Under the pieces are notes generated by a model. That model was not told the origin of the DNA. It did not search any database and saw only the letters and a list, made by a program, of their open reading frames with translations. From Deltaproteobacteria bacterium (lineage in GTDB: Bacteria > Myxococcota_A > UBA9160 > SMWR01): DNA of 64,000 nucleotides. The position numbers and the translations under genes are program-made. Within the stretch, counting starts at the first letter, position 1, and each line of letters opens with the position of its first letter. Of the stretch, positions 18,946 through 26,456 are shown piece by piece. The stretch spans positions 64,001 through 128,000 of the forward strand of contig JAQBHB010000040.1 in the NCBI GenBank assembly GCA_032128115.1. Direction: 5' to 3'.

Positions 18946-19413
18946 TTAGCGGCCCGACGGACCCGGAGCCGTGCCGACCAGGCTCTGGAAGATCACGTGG
19001 CCCTTCATCGTGATCGACCCGCTGTTATCGAGGTCCACGAGGGCCCTGTACCCCTGCTCGCCGACCCGCGAGAAGAGCGGTACCTGCTCCAGGAAGCCCC
19101 GATCCGCAACGCCGACAGCGCCGTCGTTGTTGAAGTCGGCGTTACAGACGTTTCCGTAGCCGTCACGGTCCGTGTCGTTCTGCGACGGGTTCGGGATCTC
19201 GGTGCAGTTGTCGTAGTTGTCACACACGCTGTCGCCATCGCTGTCCTCCTCCCGGCTGCAACCAACGGTCGTCGTCACGCTCACGAAGTGGCCGTCCATC
19301 TCGGCGATGGATTGGATAGTCGTTCCTTCGATCTCGCCATCCTCGGCACTCGCCGAGCCAGCCAACAGGACCGCTGCCAGAATCCCTACCATGGTCACGA
19401 TTGCCTTACTCAT
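18946..19413 (-). CDS. Small secreted protein with a TSP3-like repeat and dockerin/EF-hand-like Ca-binding motifs
   Basis: Signal peptide MSKAIVTMVGILAAVLLAGSASA; DSDGDSVCDNYDNC, DTDRDGYGNVC, DFNNDGAVG; GGGAG RBS. Confidence 0.75.
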   Translation of the reverse strand: MSKAIVTMVGILAAVLLAGSASAEDGEIEGTTIQSIAEMDGHFVSVTTTVGCSREEDSDGDSVCDNYDNCTEIPNPSQNDTDRDGYGNVCNADFNNDGAVGVADRGFLEQVPLFSRVGEQGYRALVDLDNSGSITMKGHVIFQSLVGTAPGPSGR

Positions 19414-19774
19414 CACGTTCTCCCTCTTTGTGTTTGCCCCAGCGGGGCGATTGGTTTTCGTGATGACTCGGGCATCGCGTTCGGATCGGATCACCGGGGG
19501 TCGGCAAGCGCATTTCGGGAGTGAGCCAGACCACGCCTCGGCGTGGACTCGTGAGCTGCTCCGGGCCCCGTGTGCGGCCTGATCCCCTCATTCCGTGTAG
19601 GAGCCAGAGAGAGCCGGGAGCCGGTGTAGCCCCAGGGTCGCTCCCCGCGAGGCAGGAACCGTGGTGAATCGCCTGAACCTCGCGCGGCCGAGCATGGCTA
19701 CCATCCGGAAATCCAGGAATCCTCGCGCACAGAGGCATGGAGAACGCGGCACCACGACCCGACGGGAGGACCTT

Positions 19775-20263
19775 GTGATTGAACGGCGAATCCGGCTGCT
19801 GGCGGGCATGCCCGTCTTCGGTGGAGTGACGAAGGAAGTCCTGGCGATGCTGCTGGAGCGCATGAAAGCGGTCACCGTCTCGAAGGGTGAACTCTTCTTC
19901 GAACAGGGTGAGCACGGCGCCTCGGCGTTCGTTTTGGAGAAGGGACGCGTATCGATTCTCAAGACCTGGAACGAAGAGACCTACTTCCTGCGCCATCTCG
20001 AGGCAGGCGACTGTTTCGGCGAGGTCGCGCTCATGGATTTCTGCCCGCGCAGCGCATCCGTTCGAGCCGACGAGAGCTGCGAAGCTCTCGAGCTCTCGAC
20101 CAAGGACCTGCACCGCGTCGCCAGCAAGAGCCTCGAACAATTCGCGATGATCTACATGAACATCGGGCGCGAGCTCAGCCGACGACTCCGCGCGGCCGAT
20201 GAGCGAGCGTTTCAGGCTCGGGTCCAGGTCGGCGAAATCGAGACCACCCTCCACAGCCTCTAG
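19775..20263 (+). CDS. Cyclic-nucleotide-binding (Crp/Fnr-like) domain protein, no HTH evident
   Basis: 'LFFEQGE', 'GDCFGEVALMDFCPRSASVRA'; GTG 19775 follows GGGAGGA. Confidence 0.85.
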   Translation: MIERRIRLLAGMPVFGGVTKEVLAMLLERMKAVTVSKGELFFEQGEHGASAFVLEKGRVSILKTWNEETYFLRHLEAGDCFGEVALMDFCPRSASVRADESCEALELSTKDLHRVASKSLEQFAMIYMNIGRELSRRLRAADERAFQARVQVGEIETTLHSL

Positions 20264-20398
20264 ACCGCGCGCGCAAGGGTGGGCCGAGAACCGCGCACGT
20301 CGAGCATGGGAGATCGAAGCGGGGTTTCTGGCAGGCCCGACAAGTAGCGATTCTCGTGAGACCGAATGAAGGGACCAGGGCCGGGCTGAGCCTTGGGG

Positions 20399-23300
20399 CT
20401 ACTGAGCCCTGCGTCTTCGGCAGCGGCGCAGCCAAAGGAACGGTGGCAGGAGCAGGGCCAGCTCGTATCCGAGGCCGCCGCGCAGGCCGGCCGACGCCAC
20501 GTTGGGGGCGTTGCACCCGAGGCCCACCCACAGGTCCTCGAGGCGCTGCGCCAGCTCTGGCGCTGCCGGCCCCGCCGCAAAGTCCGGAGGCGGGGAGTCC
20601 CCATCCGTCCGCTCCAGGGCGGAGCGGAGCGGGCCGCAGCCCGGGGCGCCGCTCGCGATGGCGGCACCCGCGGCCTCGATCTTGTTGCGCAGGGCGCCCA
20701 GCCGGCCCTTCGCCGACTTGCCCGGACCGTTTCCGACCAGTGATCCGTCCGCGACCGAGGCGTCGAAGAACGCCAGGATCTGGCTGATGGTCGTCTGGCA
20801 GGAGGCCTCGCACCCATCGCCATCGACAGCGTTCCCGTCGTCGCACGCCTCGGAGAACTCGCGCACGCCGTTGCCGCAGGTCATGAGGTCGCACGCGTCG
20901 CCGGCGCCGTCCTCGTCGAGGTCGGCCTGGTCCGCGTTGGGCCGCTGGAGGCAATTGTCGAAGGGGTCGGCCACGCCATCGCCGTCCGAGTCGGCGGCGC
21001 CCGCAATGACGAGGTCCATGCGGTCCGCCTGGCAGGTGCCGGACTCGGCGCAGAACTCCCCGGCATTGCACTCGGTGTCACTCGCGCAGGCGGAGCCCGT
21101 TCGATCCGAGATCGCGGCGGCGCTCAGGAACACCTGCCGGCCGTCGGTCTGGGTGGATAGGGGCCCGAACAACGTCACGAGGTCCTGGGCGGCATCCTGG
21201 CAGACCACCGGTGCGGTGCAGTTCGCGTCGCTCGTACACGGGCCCCGATCCACGTGGCAAGTGCCCTTGCCCGGAGAGCCGAGGATCGGGACGCAGAACT
21301 CGTCGGCGTCGCAGTTGGGCCCCAGGTTCGGATCTGGATCGCAGGCGGTTCCGAGATCCTCGATGCAGCCACCGGGCGGGACGAAGCAGCTTCCCCCCGG
21401 ACAGTCCGCATCGCTCGCGCACGCCTCGGCCGTGTCCGTGCAGATGCCCGCGCTCACCGCCGCCAGGGCCGTCACGCATCCGCCGGCCGGCTCCGGGGAG
21501 AGCGTGGCCCGGGCCGCGAACGCCGCGGTTCCTGCTCCCGCGGGACTCCCACCGCCCGCGAGCTGCGCTGCCTCCCGGACGTTGAAGGTCTGGAGCACGA
21601 CGCCATTCGCGTCGCCGTTGCCATCGAGATCCTGCCCTCCCTGGTCGGCTTCGAGCGTCAGGAAGGTCACCGTGTCGCCGGAAACCCGGTACGGGACCCG
21701 GGGATCGCAGGCTTCCAGGCGACAGGGGATCGCCGCCTGCTCGCTGTTGAAGATCTGGCCCGAGACGAGGTCGTAGACGTGCAAGACGTCGTCGTCGACG
21801 TCTTCGTCGGCACCTGGGTTCAGGGAGCCGTCCGTCTCGGCGACGCGGAAGGCGACCATCCGCTCGCTCAGCACGAACTCCGTCGCTACCAGGCCCACGT
21901 CGATGGGGGAATCGTCCACTGCCACATCGAAGACATGCAGCCGTCCGCTTGCCTCGGCCAGGAAGGCCACCACGGAGCCCGCCACGTCGAGGTCGCTGGC
22001 TGCGGGAAGCAGCGGGGTCCATCCCGGTGAGCCCGCCGTCCAGTTGTAGATCTCGACGAAAGTCTCCTCTTCGGAGCCCGAAGGCACGAGGGCGGCGATC
22101 AGCTCGTTCGACATCGCGATCGCGGTGGCTTCCTTGTCAAGCGATTCGGCGGCGGCCCCGTTCACGGACAGGTGGACAAACTTGTCGCTCGTGTCCCCGT
22201 CCCCGTTTCGGTCGGGCATATTGCGAAAAGCCGCTTCCGGCAGCAGGAAGGCCGCGGACCCAGCCGCAATCGCCACCTCTTCCGCCGGACCGAGGGTCGT
22301 GGGTTCTGTCAACGCCGCCGTCGAATCGAAGACCTGCAACACGATGTCGTCTAGGTCCTCGTCGTCCGTGAGGTCCGCAGAGGAGTCGAGAAAAGCAGCG
22401 CCTCGCACGAAGACGTCACTTCCCTGGTTCGTATCGCCCGGCACGAGGTTGCTGGTGGTCGAGCTGAAAGCCACGGCGCTGCCGTCCGCCGAGAGCGCGA
22501 CGCCGCCGGAGCCGCCGTCTTCTCCCTGGCTCCCGTCCGAGGCGACGCTCACTCGCTTCGTCACCCCCGTGAGCCGGTCGTGTACGAAGACGTCAGCCCC
22601 GGATAAGGGAGCGTTCGTATCGCCCGGCACGAGGTTGGTGGCGCCCGAGCTGAAAGCCACGAAGCGGCTGTCCGCCGAGAGCGCGACGCCGCCGGAGACG
22701 CCCCCGAAGCAGCAGTCTGCTTCGCTCCCGTCCGAGGCTACGCTCACCCGCTCCGTCTCCCCTGTGAGCCGGTCGTGCACGAAGACGTCTCCTCGACCGT
22801 TCGTATCGCCCGGTACGAGGTTGCTGGCATCCGACCCGAACGCCACGATGCGGCCGTCCGCCGAGAGCGCGGGTTTGAACGAGAACTCGTTGCCTTCGCT
22901 CCCGTCCGAGGCGACGCTCACCCGCTCCGTCATTCCTGTGAGCCGGTCGTGAACGAAGATGTCACCTTGATTGTTCGTATCGCTCGGCACGAGGTTGCTG
23001 GCGAGCGAAAAGAACGCCACGACGCGGCCGTCCGCCGAGAGCGCAGGGAATACGAAGACCGAGTCGTCATTTGCCTGGCTCCCGTCCGATGCGACGCTCA
23101 CTCGCTCCGTCGCCCCTGTGAGCCGGTCGTGGACGAAGACGTCAGATTCATCGTTCGTATCGTCCGGCACGAGGTTGCTGGCGATCGACCAGAACGCCAC
23201 AACGCGGCCGTCCGCCGAGAGCGCTGGATCAGATGGAAACAACGTATTTCCCGGGCTCCCGTCCGAGGCGACGCTCACCAGCTCCGTCGCCCCTGTGAGC

Positions 23301-25765
23301 CGATCGTGAACGAAGACTCCTCCGAGACTCGTGCCGTCCACGAGGTTGAAGGACCTCGAAAAGAACGCTACGGCGCGGCCGTCCGCCGAGAGCCCGGAGC
23401 GTTCCGCGAACGAGAACGTCTCATCCGGGCTCCCGTCCGAGGCGAGGCTGACCCGGTCCGTCACCCCTGTGAGTCGGTCGTGGACGAAGACGTCACTTGC
23501 CCCGTTTGTATCGTTTGGCACGAGGTTGCTGGTGTCCGAATCGAACGCCACGACGCGGCCGTCCGCCGAGAGCGCGCGAGGGCCCGAGGAAGAGCCGGCA
23601 AATAGAAAGTCCCCTTCTGCCTGGCTCCCGTCCGAGGTGACGCTCACCCGCTCGGTCACCTCCAGCGCGCTTCTCCACTCCGGCGTGCGGAAGTAGACAA
23701 GCCCCTCGGAGATCGCCACGCTCCGAGCGTTCACGAGCGGCGCAGCGTCCACCGCCAGCGGACGCTGCAGCTGCCCCGTAAGCTCCTCGGCGCACGCCAC
23801 GCCGCCCCCGCAGTCCACCCGCAGCTGGTAGACCCGCAGAATCGGATCGAAGACGCTGCCGTTGCCATTCGCGTCCTGCGAGAACTGCAGCGGCTCGGAC
23901 TCTAGGAAGGCCACCACATCATCCTCGACGGCGACCGCCGGGAAGCTGAACGGCGCCTGCAGGATGCGCGTCGCGGCGCGACCCGGAAACTCAGCTCCCC
24001 CGACCATTTCCCCGATTGACTGGATCACACCCGTCTCGCGGTCGCGCAGCACCAGGACGGCGTCCGTCGTATCGCCATCGCCGTTGAGATCCTCCGGCTG
24101 CGGTCCGCCGATCCCATCCTCATTGCTCCCGGCGATCTGCTCCAGCTGCACGAACGCGAACATCGATTCCGTCTCGATCAGGCCCTCGATCGGCACCGGA
24201 TTCTCGGCATCGAAGACCAGCGTGTGCTCGGTCTCCACAATCACTACCGGGCCCACGTCCGCTGTGAGTCGGTCCGCGAAGTCGAAGAGCGCCGGGCCGC
24301 ACTCGGCCCCCGCCCCGCAAGCCGCGTCGCTCGTGCAGGCGAGCCCGGTGTCGGCTCCCGTCGCGGCATCACGGCAGGTGGTCGCCCCGCACGTGCTATC
24401 CGGACAGTCGCCGTCCTCCGCGCAGGGGAATCCCGCGTTCTCGCCCCCCGTGCACTCGCCGAAGACCGGAGCCGGACCCGTGAGATCCGGCTGGCGGCGC
24501 GCGATCCGCATCACCCCGATCGGCGCGTCCACCGAGCCGAAGAGCGAAATCGCATCCGGGGCATCCGGGTCCGCGATCGGTTCAAAGATCGGCGGCAGCC
24601 GCTGGCCGCCCATCGAGTAGGCGGCCAGGAACGAGTCCCCGGGCAGCTTCACCGCGTCGACGCAGGTCCCCTCCGGTGCGCACTCGGCATCGCTCGCGCA
24701 GGCGGCGCCGGGCGTGGCCCCGCCGAAGCAGCGCGGGCCCGACGCGAAGGCCGGGAAGTCGGTGTTGCCGGTCACCAGCCGCGGCACGGGGATGCCGTCG
24801 GGCCGCAGCAGCACGCCCCGCCAGTCCATCGGCACCAGGACGTTGCCGGCCCGGTCCACCGTGAAGCGCAGCTCCGAGGCCGCCCCCGTGCACTCGGTCT
24901 GCTTCGTGGTGCACAGCGCCTGGAAGTCGTTGGCCGGCGGCAGCGCCGTCAGGTGCCCGAAGATGGGATCGATGTGCGCGGGGGCCGTCTCGCAGGTGCC
25001 GTCCTGCGCGAAGAGCTCATCGACGCAGGCGACCAGGCCCGGGGTGTCGGCACAACGGGCCGAGGCCAGGGCGAAGGGCAGCTCGGCCGTCACGAGCGTC
25101 ACTGCGATGGCCACCGGGCCCGTGAACGTGCGGTCATCGTCTACGGCGCCGATGCGCGCGTCCGTGTCCGGGAAGCGAAAGACGAGTGTTTGCGCGTCGC
25201 GGATCTCCAGCTCCTGGGTCCTGGGTTCCACCACCTCGCATCTGGCGGTCCCGTCGCCCGGCAGCGGCCCCGCGCTCACAAGCCGCGCCTTACATACGGT
25301 CTCGTTCGGCCCGGTCGTGAGCACCACCGCATTGCGTGGACCGCCCTGGGGAGGCTTGAAGAGCACCGTCACGAAGTAGCCGTCTTCCGGGTCGATCCCA
25401 CCGGGAAGGTCCGCGAAGCCCGGCGAAGCGGCGTGGCACCCGTCGGTGTCCAGAGCCAGCGTGATCTGCTGGCCCACGTCCCCAGGAAGTGTGTAGGGGC
25501 GGTTCAGTGTGCCCAGCGCCCCCCGGAACTCCTTCGTAGTCCCGGGGATCACGTCGCACTGGGCCAGGGCGTCCTGGCCGGAGGGGGACGGGAGCACCAG
25601 TTGGAGCACAGACAGCGACAACAGAGTCGCGGTCCAGCGCGCCCACGGCTTGCGGCGCAGATCGCACCGGCCCGGGTGGTGCACACCATCCATGCAAGGC
25701 TCCCAGTCGGGTGCTGAGGTCCTAAGGGGGAGTCGCGCGAGAGAGCGGAATTGGATCATGGGCAC
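20399..25765 (-). CDS. Large secreted protein, paralog B (1788 aa): same scaffold as A, ending in a Myxococcus-type Cys-rich repeat and a putative membrane anchor/sorting signal
   Basis: Colinear with 12091-17646; 7 propeller repeats; CGNGVREFSEACDDGNAVDGDGC; C-terminal GGLGYELALLLPPFLWLRRCRRRR. Confidence 0.87.
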   Translation of the reverse strand: MPMIQFRSLARLPLRTSAPDWEPCMDGVHHPGRCDLRRKPWARWTATLLSLSVLQLVLPSPSGQDALAQCDVIPGTTKEFRGALGTLNRPYTLPGDVGQQITLALDTDGCHAASPGFADLPGGIDPEDGYFVTVLFKPPQGGPRNAVVLTTGPNETVCKARLVSAGPLPGDGTARCEVVEPRTQELEIRDAQTLVFRFPDTDARIGAVDDDRTFTGPVAIAVTLVTAELPFALASARCADTPGLVACVDELFAQDGTCETAPAHIDPIFGHLTALPPANDFQALCTTKQTECTGAASELRFTVDRAGNVLVPMDWRGVLLRPDGIPVPRLVTGNTDFPAFASGPRCFGGATPGAACASDAECAPEGTCVDAVKLPGDSFLAAYSMGGQRLPPIFEPIADPDAPDAISLFGSVDAPIGVMRIARRQPDLTGPAPVFGECTGGENAGFPCAEDGDCPDSTCGATTCRDAATGADTGLACTSDAACGAGAECGPALFDFADRLTADVGPVVIVETEHTLVFDAENPVPIEGLIETESMFAFVQLEQIAGSNEDGIGGPQPEDLNGDGDTTDAVLVLRDRETGVIQSIGEMVGGAEFPGRAATRILQAPFSFPAVAVEDDVVAFLESEPLQFSQDANGNGSVFDPILRVYQLRVDCGGGVACAEELTGQLQRPLAVDAAPLVNARSVAISEGLVYFRTPEWRSALEVTERVSVTSDGSQAEGDFLFAGSSSGPRALSADGRVVAFDSDTSNLVPNDTNGASDVFVHDRLTGVTDRVSLASDGSPDETFSFAERSGLSADGRAVAFFSRSFNLVDGTSLGGVFVHDRLTGATELVSVASDGSPGNTLFPSDPALSADGRVVAFWSIASNLVPDDTNDESDVFVHDRLTGATERVSVASDGSQANDDSVFVFPALSADGRVVAFFSLASNLVPSDTNNQGDIFVHDRLTGMTERVSVASDGSEGNEFSFKPALSADGRIVAFGSDASNLVPGDTNGRGDVFVHDRLTGETERVSVASDGSEADCCFGGVSGGVALSADSRFVAFSSGATNLVPGDTNAPLSGADVFVHDRLTGVTKRVSVASDGSQGEDGGSGGVALSADGSAVAFSSTTSNLVPGDTNQGSDVFVRGAAFLDSSADLTDDEDLDDIVLQVFDSTAALTEPTTLGPAEEVAIAAGSAAFLLPEAAFRNMPDRNGDGDTSDKFVHLSVNGAAAESLDKEATAIAMSNELIAALVPSGSEEETFVEIYNWTAGSPGWTPLLPAASDLDVAGSVVAFLAEASGRLHVFDVAVDDSPIDVGLVATEFVLSERMVAFRVAETDGSLNPGADEDVDDDVLHVYDLVSGQIFNSEQAAIPCRLEACDPRVPYRVSGDTVTFLTLEADQGGQDLDGNGDANGVVLQTFNVREAAQLAGGGSPAGAGTAAFAARATLSPEPAGGCVTALAAVSAGICTDTAEACASDADCPGGSCFVPPGGCIEDLGTACDPDPNLGPNCDADEFCVPILGSPGKGTCHVDRGPCTSDANCTAPVVCQDAAQDLVTLFGPLSTQTDGRQVFLSAAAISDRTGSACASDTECNAGEFCAESGTCQADRMDLVIAGAADSDGDGVADPFDNCLQRPNADQADLDEDGAGDACDLMTCGNGVREFSEACDDGNAVDGDGCEASCQTTISQILAFFDASVADGSLVGNGPGKSAKGRLGALRNKIEAAGAAIASGAPGCGPLRSALERTDGDSPPPDFAAGPAAPELAQRLEDLWVGLGCNAPNVASAGLRGGLGYELALLLPPFLWLRRCRRRRAQ

Positions 25766-26044
25766 CGCGAGCCATTCTACTCACCCAACACACGAATCTG
25801 GAGCTGAAGCGCCATCTTCGCGCTTTGGCCGTCGACACGTGTGAGCGTTGCCGCCCCGAGGGGAAGCGGGGGGCCCGTCGGGCGGATCGCCCAGAGACCC
25901 GGGACCCCAGTCAGGCCACTCTTGACGCGATGGCCCAGTGTGTCCGGAGGCCACCCGTCTGCTTTCCGATTTCCTGCCCCTTTGATTTTTCGCCGAATCC
26001 GCCCCAGGAGTCCCGCGCCCCCAGGGGGGGTGCGCCCAGCGGTG

Positions 26045-26152
26045 CGCCTGGAGGCGACGGATAGCGATGGGCGACGGTGTGGGTGCAGCCTGATGCCGCT
26101 CCTTGCAGCCTCCTGCAAGGCAGGAGCTGCAAGTACCCGGCTTCGTTCATCC
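26045..26152. repeat. Conserved non-coding element upstream of paralog B (copy 2)
   Basis: Matches 17830-17935; long hairpin CTTGCAGC-CTCCTGC-AAG-GCAGGAG-CTGCAAG. Confidence 0.8.
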
Positions 26153-26157
26153 CCACC

Positions 26158-26177
26158 AACTGGATTTGAATCCAGTT
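26158..26177. repeat. Palindrome P3, AACTGGATTTGAATCCAGTT
   Basis: Exact reverse complement of P4. Confidence 0.92.
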
Positions 26178-26403
26178 CGCCCCCCGCTTCCTCGCCGGGG
26201 AACTCGGGATTTTCCCGAAAAATCGTACCGGGGGTCTTGACAGGATCCGGCGTCAGATTGCGACGTGTTCGCAGTTGGCGCAATGGAAGTCGTTCTGGCG
26301 CGCGCGGTTCGCGCGTGAGCAGATCTCTAGCGGATCAGTGCTTTCGAGCGATCGCACGAAGAAACTGCGTTCCCTGTTCGATTCCGGAGGCGATGCAAGG
26401 CGG

Positions 26404-26412
26404 TGCTAGACT
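26404..26412 (+). promoter_or_regulatory. Candidate extended -10 promoter for the HNH gene
   Basis: TGcTAGACT about 45 bp upstream of the GTG start. Confidence 0.35.
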
Positions 26413-26456
26413 CGGTTTCGATGACCTCACCCCATCGGTCCCGATGAGGTCGTTCC

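Noticed and set aside
14410..23660. CRISPR array or diversity-generating retroelement as the source of the repeat/variable pattern
   Set aside because: The repeats are in-frame ~180-bp protein blades, there is no cas or reverse transcriptase gene in the window, and I could not identify a template/variable pair differing only at adenines.
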